A DNA stretch of 64,000 nt from Felis catus (taxonomy: Eukaryota): the NCBI RefSeq assembly GCF_018350175.1, contig NC_058368.1, positions 165,418,001-165,482,000 on the forward strand. The letters are read 5' to 3'. The first letter of the stretch is position 1. Each line of letters starts with the position of its first letter. Below the pieces are notes generated by a model. That model was given only the letters and a program-made list of their open reading frames with translations. It searched no databases and was not told the DNA's origin. This document shows, one piece after another, positions 12,601 through 26,229 of this stretch. The position numbers were made by a program, and so were the translations under genes.

Positions 12601-13259
12601 CAGAAATAAACCCACTACTTATATACCCCATTAAACTGTGTCAAAGGAGGCAAGAATACACAACAGACAAAAGATACCCTGCTTTTAAGGAAGACACAGA
12701 CGGTCATCTTTTGGATATTGCCTTTAGCAAAGTTTTTCTGAATCCACCTTCCCAAGTAAGGGAAACAAAAGCAAAAATAAACAAATGGGACTAATTAACC
12801 CAAAAAGCTTTTGCATAACAAAGGAAACCATCCACAAAATGAAAAGGCAACCTATAGAATGGGAGAAGATATTTGGAATGTATCTGGCAATGGACCATAA
12901 CCAAAATATATAAAGAACTCTTACACCAAAAAAAAAAAAAAAAAAAAAAAAAAGCCCACAAATAATTTGTTAAAAAATACAAAGATCTGAATAGACATTT
13001 TTCCAAAGACAACATACAGATGGCCAACAGAAATATGAAAAGATACTCAACATTACTAATCATCAGGGAAACGAAAATCAAAATCATAATGAGATACCAT
13101 CTCACACTAGGCAGAATGGCTAGTATGAAAAAGACAAGAAATAGCAGCTGTTGTTGAGGATGTGGAAAAAAAGGAACCCTCATGCACTGCTTGTCAGAAT
13201 GTAAACTGATACAGCCACTATGGAAAACAGTATGGAGTTTCCTCAAACTTAAAAAAGGA
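9620..13259 (+). mobile_element. Older carnivore L1, 5' part (5'UTR, partial ORF1, partial ORF2; internally deleted)
   Basis: GC-richer 5'UTR-like 9900-10826; ORF1 piece KIKMAKIKNKERILKATREK; ORF2 RT piece [11 protein letters not shown]; many stops and frameshifts. Confidence 0.85.
9667..9878 (+). mobile_element. CanSINE
   Basis: GGGGCACCTGGGTGGCTCAG head and A tail; TSD TCAGTGGTGCT at 9656-9666 and 9879-9889. Confidence 0.95.
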
Positions 13260-14190
13260 GAGGAGAAGCGGCAAGATGGCGGCTTAGGAGGACGCTGGGC
13301 TCACCGCGCGTCCTGCTGATCACTTACATTCCACCTACACCTGCCTAAATAACCCACAAAACCGCCAGAGGATTAGCAGAACGGAGTCGCCGGAGCCAAA
13401 CGCAGACGAGAGGCCCACGGAAGAGGGTAGGAAGGGCGGCGAGGCAGTGCGCGCTCCGCGGACTGGCGGGAGGGAGCCAGGGCAGAGGGGCGGCTCGCTG
13501 GCCAAGCAGAGCCCCCGAGTCTGGCTTGCAAAGGCAGAGGGGCCTGACTGACTGTGTTCCGACAGCAAGCGCGACATAGTGTCTGGGAGGTCATAAGTTA
13601 ACAGCTCTGCTCAGAAAGCGGGAAGGCTGGAGGACAAAGGGAGGGAGAGCTGCTGAACCCCCTGACAACAGAGCTCAGTTTGGTGGGGAACAAAGGCGCT
13701 TGCCAGCGCCATCTCCCCCGCCCATCCCCCAGCCAAAATCCCAAAGGGAACCAGTTCCTGCCAGGGAATTTGCTAGCTCCGTGCAGACACGCAACTCTGT
13801 GCTTCTGCGGAGCCAAACATCTGGCAGCGGATCTGACTCCCTCCCGTTGCCACAGGGCCCCTCCTGAAGAGGATCACCTAAGGAGAAGCGATCTAAGCCT
13901 GCCCCTCCTGCCCCTGTGCACCTTGCCTACCCACCCCAGCTAATACGCCAGATCCCCAGCATCACAAGGCTGGCAGTGTGCAAGCAGCCCAGACGGGCCA
14001 CACCACCCCACAGTGAATCCCGCCCCTAGGAGAGGGGAAGAGAAGGCACACACCAGTCTGACTGTGGCCCCAGCGGTGGGCTGGGGGCAGACATCAGGTC
14101 TGACTGCGGCCCCGCCCACCAACTCCAGTTATACACCACAGCACAGGGGAAGTGCCCTGCAGGTCCTCACCACGCCAGGGACTATCCAAA
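13260..14190 (+). promoter_or_regulatory. L1 5'UTR internal Pol II promoter with YY1 site
   Basis: CAAGATGGCGGC (YY1 consensus) at 13272-13283; CpG-dense first 400 or so bp. Confidence 0.8.
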
Positions 14191-15088
14191 ATGACCAAGC
14201 GGAAGAATTCCCCTCAGAAGAATCTCCAGGAAATAACAACAGCTAATGAGCTGATCAAAAAGGATTTAAATAATATAACAGAAAGTGAATTTAGAATAAT
14301 AGTCATAAAATTAATCGCTGGGCTTGAAAACAGTATACAGGACAGCAGAGAATCTCTTGCTACGGAGATCAAGGGACTAAGGAACAGTCACAAGGAGCAG
14401 AAAAACGCTTTAAACGAAATGCATAACAAAATGGAAACCACCACAGCTCGGCTTGAAGAGGCAGAGAGAGGAGAGAATAGGTGAACTAGAAGATAAAGTT
14501 ATGGAAAAAGAGGAAGCTGAGAAAAAGAGAGATAAAAAAATCCAGGAGTATGAGGGGAAAATTAGAGAACTAAGTGATACACTAAAAAGAAATAATATAC
14601 GCATAATTGGTATCCCAGAGGAGGAAGAGAGAGGGAAAGGTGCTGAAGGGGTACTTGAAGAAATAATAGCTGAGAACTTCCCTGAACTGGGGAAGGAAAA
14701 AGGCATTGAAATCCAAGAGGCACAGAGAACTCCCTTCAGACGTAACTTGAATCGATCTTCTGCACGACATATCATAGTGAAACTGGCAAAATACAAGGAT
14801 AAAGAAAAAATTCTGAAAGCAGCAAGGGGTAAACGTGCCCTCACATATAAAGGGAGACCTATAAGACTCGTGACTGATCTCTCTTTTGAAACTTGGCAGG
14901 CCAGAAAGAATTGGCACGAGATTTTCAGGGTGCTAGACAGAAAAAATATGCAGCCGAGAATCCTTTATCCAGCAAGTCTGTCATTTAGAATAGAAGGAGA
15001 GATAAAGGTCTTCCCAAACAAACAAAAACTGAAGGAATTTGTCACCACTTAACCAGCCCTACAAGAGATCCTAAGGGGGACCCTGTGA
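14191..15088 (+). pseudogene. L1 ORF1p (RNA-binding chaperone), disrupted
   Basis: MTKRKNSPQK..., coiled coil, RRM (NIRIIGIPE), CTD (RILYPASLSF); 4-bp AGAG insertion near 14465 relative to the second L1; premature TAA at 15050-15052. Confidence 0.95.
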
Positions 15089-15138
15089 GACAAAGTCCCA
15101 GAGACATCACTACAAGCATAAAACATACAGACATCACA

Positions 15139-18100
15139 ATGACTCTAAACCCATATCTTTCTATAATAACACTGAATGTAAATGGATTAAATGCGCCAAC
15201 CAAAAGACATAGGGTATCAGAATGGATAAAAAAACAAGACCCATCTATTTGCTGTCTACAAGAGACTCATTTTACCTGAGGACACCTTTAGATTGAGAGT
15301 GAGGGGATGGAGAACTATTTATCATGCGACTGGAAGCCAAAAGAAAGCCGGAGTAGCCATACTTATATCAGACAAACTAGACTTTAAATTAAAGGCTGTA
15401 ACAAGAGATGAAGAAGGACATTATATAATAGTTACAGGGTCTATCCATCAGGAAGAGCTAACAATTATAAATGTCTATGCGCCGACTACCGGAGCCCCCA
15501 AATATATAAAACAATTACTCATAAACATAAGCAACCTTATTGATAAGAATGTGGTAATTGAAGGGGACTTTAACACCCCACTTACAGAAATGGATAGGTC
15601 ACCTAGACACACGGTCAATAAAGAAACAAGGGCCCTGAATGAGACATTGGATCAGATGGACTTGACAGATATATTTAGAACTCTGCATCCCAAAGCAACA
15701 GAATATACTTTCTTCTCGAGTGCACATGGAACATTCTCCAAGATAGATCATATACTGGGTCACAAAACAGCCCTTCATAAGTTTACAAGAATTGAAATTA
15801 TACCATGCATACTTTCAGACCACAATGCTATGAAGCTTGAAATCAACCACAGGAAAAAGTCTGGAAAACCTCCAAAGGCATGGAGGTTAAAGAACACCCT
15901 ACTAACGAATGAGTGGGTCAACCAGGCAATTAGAGAAGAAAAATAAAAAATATATGGAAACAAACGAAAATGAAAACACAACAATCCAAACACTTTGGGA
16001 CGCAGCGAAGGCAGTCCTGAGAGGAAAGTACATTGCAATCCAGGCCTATCTCAAGAAACAAGAAAAATCCCAAATACAAAATCTAACAGCACACCTAAAG
16101 GAACTAGAAGCAGAACAGAAAAGGCAGCCTAAACCCAGCAGAAGAAGAGAAATAATAAAGATCAGAGCAGAAATAAACAATATAGAATCTAAAAAAACTG
16201 TAGAGCAGATCAACGAAACCAAGAGTTGGTTTTTTGAAAAAATAAACAAAATTGACAAACCTCTAGCCAGGCTTCTCAAAAAGAAAAGGGAAATGACCCA
16301 AATACATAAAATCATGAATGAAAATGGAATTATTACAACCAATCCCTCAGAGATACAAACAATTATCAGGGAATACTATGAAAAATTATATGCCAACAAA
16401 TTGGACAACCTGGAAGAAATGGACAAATTCCTAAACACCCACACTCTTCCAAAACTCAATCAGGAGGAAATAGAAAGCTTGAACAGACCCATAACCAGCG
16501 AAGAAATTGAATCGGTTATCAAAAATCTCCCAACAAATAAGAGTCCAGGACCAGATGGCTTCCCAGGGGAGTTCTACCAGACGTTTAAAGCAGAGATAAT
16601 ACCTATCCTTCTCAAGCTATTCCAAGAAATAGAAAGGGAAGGAAAACTTCCAGACTCCTTCTACGAAGCCAGTATTACTTTGATTCCTAAACCAGATAGA
16701 GACCCAGTAAAAAAAGAGAACTACAGGCCAATATCCCTGATGAATATGGATGCAAAAATTCTCAATAAGATACTAGCAAATCGAATTCAACAGCATATAA
16801 AAAGAATTATTCACCATGATCAAGTGGGATTCATTCCTGGGATGCAGGGCTGGTTCAACATTCGCAAATCAATCAACGTGATACATCACATTAACAAAAA
16901 AAAAGAGAAGAACCATATGATCCTGTCAATCGATGCAGAAAAGGCCTTTGACAAAATCCAGCACCCTTTCTTAATAAAAACCCTTGAGAAAGTCGGGATA
17001 GAAGGAACATACTTAAAGATCATAAAAGCCATTTATGAAAAGCCCACAGCTAACATCATCCTCAATGGGGAAGAACTGAGAGCTTTTTCCCTGAGATCAG
17101 GAACACGACAAGGATGCCCACTCTCACTGCTGCTGTTTAACATAGTGCTGGAAGTTCTAGCATCAGCAATCAGACAACAAAAGGAAATCAAAGGCATCAA
17201 AATTGGCAAAGATGAAGTCAAGCTTTCGCTTTTTGCAGATGACATGATATTATACATGGAAAATCCGATAGACTCCACCAAAAGTCTGCTAGAACTGATA
17301 CAGGAATTCAGCAAATTTGCAGGATACAAAATCAATGTACAGAAATCAGTTGCATTCTTATACACTAACAATGAAGCAACAGAAAGACAAATAAAGAAAC
17401 TGATCCCATTCACAATTGCACCAAGAAGCATAAAATACCTAGGAATAAATCTAACCAAAGATGTAAAGGATCTGTATGCTGAAAACTATAGAAAGCTTAT
17501 GAAGGAAATTGAAGAAGATTTAAAGAAATGGAAAGACATTCCCTGCTCATGGATTGGAAAAATAAATATTGTCAAAATGTCAATACTACCCAAAGCTATC
17601 TACACATTCAGTGCAATCCCAATCAAAATTGCACCAGCATTCTTCTCGAAACTAGAACAAGCAATCCTAAAATTCATATGGAACCACAAAAGGCCCCAAA
17701 TAGCCAAAGTAATTTTGAAGAAGAAGACCAAAGCAGGAGGCATCACAATCCCAGACTTTAGCCTCTACTACAAAGCTGTAATCACCAAGACAGCATTGTA
17801 TTGGCATAAAAACAGACACATAGACCAATGGAATAGAATAGAAACCCCAGAACTAGACCCACAAACGTATGGCCAACTCATCTTTGACAAAGCAGGAAAG
17901 AACATCCAATGGAAAAAAGACAGCCTCTTTAACAAATGGTGCTGGGAGAACTGGACAGCAACATGCAGAAGGTTGAAACTAGACCACTTTCTCACACCAT
18001 TCACAAAAATAAACTCAAAATGGATAAAGGACCTAAATGTGAGACAGGAAACCATCAAAACCCTAGAGGAGAAAGCAGGAAAAGACCTCTCTGACCTCAG

Positions 18101-18972
18101 CCGTAGCAATCTCTTACTCGACACATCCCCAAAGGCAAGGGAATTAAAAGCAAAAGTGAATTACTGGGACCCTATGAAGATAAAAAGCTTCTGCACAGCA
18201 AAGGAAACAACCAACAAAACTAAAAGGCAACCAACGGAATGGGAAAAGATATTCGCAAATGACATATCGGACAAAGGGCTAGTATCCAAAATCTATAAAG
18301 AGCTCACCAAACTCCACACCCGAAAAACAAATAACCCAGTGAAGAAATGGGCAGAAAACATGAATAGACACTTCTCTAAAGAAGACATCCGGATGGCCAA
18401 CAGGCACATGAAAAGATGTTCAGCGTCGCTCCATATCAGGGAAATACAAATCAAAACCACACTCAGGTATCACCTCACGCCAGTCAGAGTGGCCAAAATG
18501 AACAAATCAGGAGACTCTAGATGCTGGAGAGGATGTGGAGAAACGGGAACCCTCTTGCACTGTTGGTGGGAATGCAAATTGGTGCAGCCGCTCTGGAAAG
18601 CAGTGTGGAGGTTCCTCAGAAAATTAAAAATAGACCTACCCTATGACCCAGCAATAGCACTGCTAGGAATTTATCCAGGGGATACAGGAGTACTGATGCA
18701 TAGGGCCACTTGTACCCCAATGTTCATAGCAGCACTCTCAACAATAGCCAAATTATGGAAAGAGCCTAAATGTCCATCAACTGATGAATGGATAAAGAAA
18801 TTGTGGTTTATATACACAATGGAATATTACGTGGCAATGAGAAAAAATGAAATATGGCCTTTTGTAGCAACGTGGATGGAACTGGAGAGTGTGATGCTAA
18901 GTGATGCTAAGTGAAATAAGCCATACAGAGAAAGACAGATACCATATGGTTTCACTCTTATGTGGACCCTGA
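15139..18972 (+). pseudogene. L1 ORF2p (APE endonuclease, reverse transcriptase, Cys-rich domain), disrupted
   Basis: EN motifs TLNVNGL, LQETH, GDFN, SDH; RT motifs QGCPLS and FADD; CWRGC...HCWWEC; frameshifts near 15273, 15940 and 18900; about 1000 codons open from 15909 to 18914. Confidence 0.97.
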
Positions 18973-19225
18973 GAAACTTAACAGGATCCCATGGGGGAGG
19001 GGAAGGAAAAAAAAAAAACAGGTTAGAGTGGGAGAGAGCCAAAGCATAAGAGACTCTTAAAAACTGAGAACAAACTGAGGGTTGATGGGGGGTGGGAGGG
19101 AGGAGAGGGTGGGTGATGGGTATTGAGGAGGGCACCTTTTGGGATGAGCACTGGGTGTTGTATGGAAACCAATTTGTCAATAAATTTCATATAAAAAAAT
19201 GGGAAAACAATAACTTAAAAAAGGA

Positions 19226-19875
19226 AATACCAGATGATCTAGTATTAAATTCCCATTTCTGATATTTATGGGAAGAACATGAAAACACTAATTCAAAAAG
19301 ATATATGCACTCCTGTATTCACTGCACCATTATTAATCAATAACCAAGATATGGAAGCCATTTAAGTAACCATTGTTAGATAAAAGGATAAAAAAGATGG
19401 AATATTATTCAGCAATACAATAGAATGAAATCTTTCCATGAGTGACAATATGGATGGTCTTCTAGCATATGAGGAGACTAAGTGAAATAAGTCAGACAGA
19501 GAAAGATAAATATTACATGATTTCACTAGTGTGTGCAATCTAAAAAAGGAAATGGAAGAAAAAATGGATACAGAATAATAAAGAGAACTAGGGCTTGCCA
19601 GAGGGGAGGAGAGTGCAGACGTAAGTGAAACAGGTGAAGGGAAGTGAGAGGTACAAACTTCCAGTTATAAAATAAAATAATTCAGAAGGATGAGAAGTGC
19701 AGCACAGGGAATACAGTCAATGATATTATACTAACACTGTATGCTGGCAAATGGTAACTATACTTATCATGGTGAGCATTTCCTAATGTTTGTAATTGTG
19801 AAACCACTATGTTATACAAATGAAACTATTGTTTTATGTCAACTATATTTCAAATGAAAATAAAAAGTTAAAAAA
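19226..19875 (+). mobile_element. 3' continuation of the older L1 interrupted at 13259
   Basis: Resumes the ORF2 C-terminus at the TSD (AATACCAGATGATCTAG), then older-type 3'UTR and A-rich tail. Confidence 0.9.
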
Positions 19876-22403
19876 TTCAAAGAATGAGAAAAAAGTATTT
19901 TTAGAGAAGAGAGACATATATAATAGTAAAATGATGAATCAGTCAAGAAGGTATGATAATCCTGTGTATGTACCTAATTACATAGTGTCCAAATATGTAT
20001 TAAATATTGATGGAACACAAAAGAGTTTACAAAAATTTTATAATAACATGAAATTTTATTTAGTGTTCAATATAGGTGTGAAATAATGAGTTTCTGAAAG
20101 TTGGGGGGGATAAATTTAATATTATGAGGAAATATTTAATAGATATGGTAGAGAATAAAAAATGTGGAATCTGGGTAATTATTGATAATTCAAATACAAA
20201 GACTAAGATCATACTTAGAAAAATACAGTGTGTATGGAGGAATAAGGAAAACACCCGATTAATTAAAATTATTAACTTTTAGCAGTTTGTCTACTTCTAT
20301 ATCTTTACTGCTTTATAGTGATTGTAGTTGCAGATGGGGAGATAAAGAAGAGACACATGTCTACCTGTGTGAAAAATTTTGCATTAACAATGCCCAGGAT
20401 GGTTTATTTGTCATTTATGGAACTACATAGGTCCCCATCTTTAAATAACTTAAAGAGTTAAATCACATTTTAATGAAAATATTTAATTGATAAGATTATT
20501 GTTTACTTAAGCTAGAGAAATAGTGAGATACTTGCATCTGGCTTGATGATAAATAGATTACAAGAAGTATTAGAGTCTGTTTTGCCTGTTTATTGTTTTT
20601 TTTAAAAAAACTTATACTCCATATAGATTACTCAGTATTAATGTCATTGAGAACTGTTGATATCATTTGGTAGCTATGTCATATGTCTCAGAATATGCAG
20701 ATAGAACAAAGACCCAGAAATGAAGGTAATATTTCTCACTAGAAAATACCGTAAGGATACTGTCAGATACAAAGCTGACAGGACATTATACTCAAAAGAT
20801 GGAAGATTGAGTATTTCAGCTTAAAACAGGGGCAAATCAATTTCAAATCTACACTTTGATCAAATTAAGGTATAGAAGCTCTTTCCTCAGAGTTCATTGT
20901 TGTTATAGTTGAATGTGGTTATAAAATATGACCATTAGTTATTTTCCATTGTAACAGAAGAAATCATTAGGTGCAGTAAAAATGCCAAACTCTAGATAGC
21001 CCAGTGTTTTTCCACACAGTTTGGTTTTAAAAAGCTGAGATCTTATCTAAGCGTTAAATATCGTGATGATTCTGCAGCAAAGCATGTTAAGTTCAGGCTA
21101 TTCAAGATACTGAACACATCCCTTGAAATCATAGAAAATCGTATTTATTTTTATAAATCTCCTCCCACTTCAAAAATAGGACCATATTTCCTTTTATAGC
21201 TACTACATGGTGTGAAAAATGTCTTGTATTTATTGCACACATCTTTGCACATTATCTTAGCACTGCACACTGAAACCTGGAGGTTCTTTCTCTGACTAGT
21301 TCATGGTTGTATTTTTCATTGTTTTTTCTTAACAATTCTCGAATCAGATGGCATTTTTTTAAAGCCAACTGTTTTCCTTGAATGCAGAAGTATAAAAATC
21401 CATTTTGAGGGTTTATTTATTTGATTTTCATCATTTCTGGTCTCATTCTATTTTATGCCATTATTCACGATAATCATCAATAAAGGAAATAATTCTTTTC
21501 TGTGTGGTTTTCAGCAATGAGCTCAACATAAAAATCATAGATTGATTCTTTCATTTATGAATGTTACATATGCCAAGAATGGATTTATACTCCACAAAGA
21601 ATGTTTTCATCCTATTAAAAAGAAAATCATCAGAGAGTATTTGTGCATTACATATTTCATGATATTAATACTACATAGAATTCAATAGTGCCACTTGATA
21701 AATTTTGTAATAATATTTAAATTTCTGTTTTAACAACACTTGCATTACAGTAAACATTTCTCAACCTTTTAGCCTTTGATCTATTTTGCTAATTGGACAA
21801 TAACTTAAGTGAAACAACAAAATGCAAACTTAAATAAATTGTCTATAGACATAAAATATGTTATTAAACAAAATGAACAACTCATGGTGGAAAAGAAGAA
21901 ATAACGCAAGTAGTCTATGTATCTCATGTACAAAGTCTAATAATTTATTAGTAAGCAAAACTTGTTTTGACCAATATAATCTTTCATTTAAAATTTCAAA
22001 AATACATGGCAAAAATTGCTAATTTTTTAATCCCTCAGAACAGCATCAGACTACCTGAGAAGCACTGGGTAAACAAGCAGTGACATTCCATAAAATACGT
22101 TGGTACCCTTTAGTATATAAGACCTAAGGAATCTATTGCTTTGTTCACCAAAACATAGTATACCATGGGGTAAACTTGTAGTTAACTTCTCTTTTGTTGC
22201 TCTTCTCCATTACCATAGAAATCCAAGTCTTAGTACTTAGAGAAGTATCAAGTTTGTTCCTCAATAGCCTTGTATCTTGTGTCCAATGGAGCAGCTAGAA
22301 GCTGTTATAGATGGAATTTGTGATAGAAAGTAAGATCCAAGTCCAGGATTTCCAATACGGTAGACACTACTCAATCCCAACTAAGTCACAGTAGCTTATT
22401 AGA

Positions 22404-22510
22404 CCAGGGCTTCTCAAAGTCTAAGGAACACACAAAGAGCCTTTCAAAATGCGGATTCTGTGTAATACATATGAGATGGGGACTGAGATTTGTATTTCTA
22501 ACTAGTCTTC
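22404..22510. mobile_element. MER5-like hAT-Charlie relic
   Basis: CAGGGCTTCTCAAAGT...GGGACTGAGATTTGTATTTCTAAC resembles the recalled MER5A consensus. Confidence 0.5.
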
Positions 22511-23619
22511 ACACATGAGGTATCAACAGAAGCGAGTAGATTTACATTTACATACACGTTACTGTGTTGTTCACTGATATGGTAGTCATTTTTTACCCTC
22601 TGATTCCCCAGGTCTGTGGGAGTCATTGTTACCCTCTGATTCTCCAGATCCTTCCCTTATATTCTCACCAGCTATCCTTCCTCACAGATTTTCCCAAGCA
22701 TAGAATTTCTAAATTTTTACCTCACATACATCCCTGATCCTGATAAAATCCCTGATGAAAGTAGGCAAAAGTGACATTACATGTTATATTAATTATTTCT
22801 AATTTTTATTTTTTTTCTATTGTGTGGCATCATTTATGGTAGGCTTCACAACTTTTTCTTTCTGGTTTGTTTTATAAATAGCTTGTGAAAACCAAAATTG
22901 TCATAGATGAAAAAAATTTAAACAAGCACAATAAATAATTTTGCTATAGTCTGATTGCATAATAATTCCTTTAATAACAAATTTTCATAAGTAGTTCTAT
23001 TGCTTGTTGGGATATTGATGGCAGTTTAGAAAATTGTTGCATAAAATGTAGACAGGAGCAGTTTGTAGGGATGAAAACATAAAAACCTTTTTAAACAAAT
23101 CTTAAGGGAAAACACCTTCAAACAATGAATTTGAGTCCCAAGATCTTAATAACAGCACATTTATCAGAGGGGTCATAAACACTTTGTAATACTCATATGT
23201 CATGAAGATATAATCTTTTTAAGTATTTGCATTTACAAATTTCACTAAGACTTTAAGTATCCTTATTCACTAAGGTATGTTATTGATATATTGATGTAAA
23301 ACTAACAATATCCCTATAGAACCCGAAGTCAAATTCATTATTACCCTTCCGTGGGTCTCAACCTCATTCCACTTCTATCACATCTCATTTAACCTTTTTA
23401 TCACTTACTCATAAGTGCAAACCTAAAAACGAGTGGTGAAAGAAATTGTTTTTCACTCTTTGGAATGTTCAAGGACTAATAAGAGCAGTAAACCAAATGG
23501 TGGAGTGCTGCCAAATGATTTAACACTGTCATATATCTTTCTTTGACTCACCCTTAAACATCTCTAAACAGTGCTTATGTACATAACAAAGACTTTGATA
23601 AATATTACCATTTCCATTT

Positions 23620-23655
23620 TATGTATGTATGTATGTATGTATGTATGTATGTATG
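23620..23655. repeat. (TATG)n microsatellite
   Basis: Direct reading. Confidence 0.95.
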
Positions 23656-23886
23656 TGTACATCTTTCTACTTACTTATCTACATTAGAACAATTCACTCT
23701 GTCCCAAGTGTAGCTACCATTATTTAATAGATTGCTCTGTAGCATACAGTGACACCAGGTAGGGAAGGGAAAAAAATTGTATACTAAGTACTTTGTGTAA
23801 AGATACCAGAATGTACCGACAACTCCATGAAATATTGCTTAATTTGCCTAAACAAGTTGTTCTTCCAATCATTTGCAAGCAAATCT

Positions 23887-23890
23887 CACA

Positions 23891-23932
<42 letters not shown>
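23887..23932. repeat. (CA)n microsatellite
   Basis: Direct reading. Confidence 0.95.
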
Positions 23933-23934
<2 letters not shown>

Positions 23935-24169
23935 AGAAAAGCTTAATGTCTTCATAAAATCTATTTCCTAGAGTAGGAAAACAAATAGTTTTTTTAATTG
24001 CCATGAACTCAAATAAACCAAGACATGCACCTAGAATATTATGAAAATTCTATTTCAGATATAGCAAACAAAGAGTAAGACTTGATATTTGAGCAGAGAA
24101 CCTAATTAAATGGGAGTGTGTGTTATCATCTATCTGTTTAAGTATATTCCAGACAAAGGAGAGGATAAA

Positions 24170-24660
24170 GGCCAAGCCTGAGGAAGGAACAGTGAAAGGA
24201 AAGTGAGGAAGGAGAAGTGTGAAAAAGAAGATGCCATCAGGTAGGTTCAGGATCAGACTGTGTAGAGCACCATAGAGCATGGCTCTGCAACTTTACTTTG
24301 CAACAGATGAAATGCCATTAGAAGAATCAATGAAGGGAACAAACTATGACTGACCTATTGAGAGGGTTTATCAGGACTCATGCTGAAAAGAGTAGAAACA
24401 GAGAAGTCAGTTGGGAAGTTTTTATAATAGCTGCTGTGAGAAGTGATTGTCGCATGGACCAATGTGGTAACTAAGAGAAGTGCTAGAAATTTTTTTAGGG
24501 CTAGCAAACATTTCAGAGATGGAGGTGGCCAGAATTTCTCATGTATTAGACATGTGATATAAGACAAAGGAATCTAAGACTTTTGTGCTTAAAAAACTGA
24601 GTTCATGGAGTACCAATTGATTGCAATGAGGAACACTGGGGAAAATTCTGATTTAAAATG
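24170..24660 (-). mobile_element. L2 relic
   Basis: Degenerate antisense-L2-like purine-rich sequence. Confidence 0.5.
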
Positions 24661-26229
24661 GTGCTTCCATTAAATATTAGTACAATTCTGAAAATACCTT
24701 AGGATTTGTTTTTCTTTCCTTCCTTTCTCTCTCTCTTTTGTATAGGGATTTTATTTCTGAGGACTGTTTATAAAGGTGTTAGAAGCACAAGTTCATACGC
24801 TGGAAGGTAACTACAGTGCTTTTTAATGCTGTTCCCCAAGTATCTCCAGCTTCCTGACGATTTTTGAGTTATGTGTGGCCAAGTGACTTTTTTTTTTTTT
24901 TTTGCTAATGAAAAATAGTTCCAGGAGCTTTTTTTTTTTAACCCTGCCACAGCAGCTAGCAATATTCCAGATGGTGGATAGTCTGTAATCTTGCATATTT
25001 GAGTCCTGCTGACATGGAACAGAATCCCCAGATTATCCAGTGTTGGACACATTGTTGGAGTAATAAATTAGCCAGGACGATTTTTGAGTTTTTTGTTACA
25101 GACATTTAAGCTATCACTTCCCCACCAATAATTTATAACTACCCAAATATAAGTTGCCTTAGTAAGTTGGAAAATGGCATGGTTTTTCCTTTCTTCCTGC
25201 ATTCAAATCCTTTGCCCATGCCTTCCACTGGAAGGATGCAGTGAAGAAGCCAGCTGGCAAAGAAGATTGGGAAATGTAATATATGTTTTCTAACTTGAAG
25301 GTAAAAATGAGGTGTGGAATGGCTTGGTGTAGAGCTGAGAGATAAGACACCATTTGGCACTGTTCGCTATTTGGCTGCTCAGCAAAAGACAATAACCATG
25401 CTTCTTCCTAAAAGGATGCAACTCTCCTTTGACCAAAGGAAGACTTTTTCACTCTTTCAAAAAAGGAAGACCAAAGTCATCAGTCACTGCATCTGTCTCT
25501 GAGTAACATCAATTTTTCTTCTCATTTATTTTCCACTGATAAGGATGTCATCACTTTTTTCAAGCCAAATTATGCTAGATAACTAATCCCAAAAGTTCTG
25601 TTTCCTCGGAGACCTTCTGGCTGAGTAGTTTATCAGTCTTCAATCATGCAAGCAGAAGCTACTCAAGGAATTTAAATAGAGATAATATAGAGAATTTCTT
25701 TTTCAAAAGCATGGTTGAAGAACTGTGGGAGCAAAAACAGGATAGGTGAGATTACCAAATAACAAATAACTGCAAGAAGTCACTATTCCTCTTACGGCTA
25801 GAGAAGCATGGGGGAAATGGTGTTATTCCAAGCCTGGGATTGCCCAAGTGAGGCTTCTGCTGCTGTGTTCAAACTGGCTAAGCAGGAAGCCAGGGGCTTG
25901 TCAACATTTATTCATTCTTTGTGCAGCTGCTACTGGTGCCATAAGTGCTGTTACCACAGCCTTGATGCTGTCTCCACTGTTTCTTCCACACAACCCCATC
26001 ACAAGATATCCTCAACACTGCCATCTCCACTAGCAATTCTGGGACACCCATTGCCAGAGACACTCAGAAGCCATAAAAATATTTTATAACCCAGAAGCCA
26101 TCTGGCAAGATACTCTGTGAAATATAGTTTGTATCATCCCAGGTGGGAATGGGGACTAGTTTAGATGGATTCCTAGGATACTAACCGATATCACACACTA
26201 TCCTAAGAATAGGACAGTAAAAAGAATAG

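Larger units (their letters stand above)
13260..19211 (+). mobile_element. Full-length young felid LINE-1 (L1_Fc-like), about 5.95 kb, inactive
   Basis: CpG-rich 5'UTR, ORF1, 50-nt spacer, ORF2, G-rich 3'UTR, AATAAA; TSD AACTTAAAAAAGGA at 13246-13259 and 19212-19225. Confidence 0.98.

Noticed and set aside
13335..14122. Antisense ORFs in the L1 5'UTR as ORF0 analogues (also 52017-52460)
   Set aside because: GC-rich sequence has few stops, several starts are non-ATG, and the ORF boundaries differ between the two homologous 5'UTRs.
15909..18914. 1001-aa ORF as a functional host gene or novel RT system
   Set aside because: It is ordinary L1 ORF2 cut off from its endonuclease by frameshifts; the N-terminal [11 protein letters not shown] is out-of-frame sequence.
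19079..19120. G-quadruplex-capable G-tract
   Set aside because: A standard feature of mammalian L1 3'UTRs.
14410..19180. Minus-strand ORFs over L1 ORF1/ORF2
   Set aside because: Antisense shadows of L1 coding sequence.
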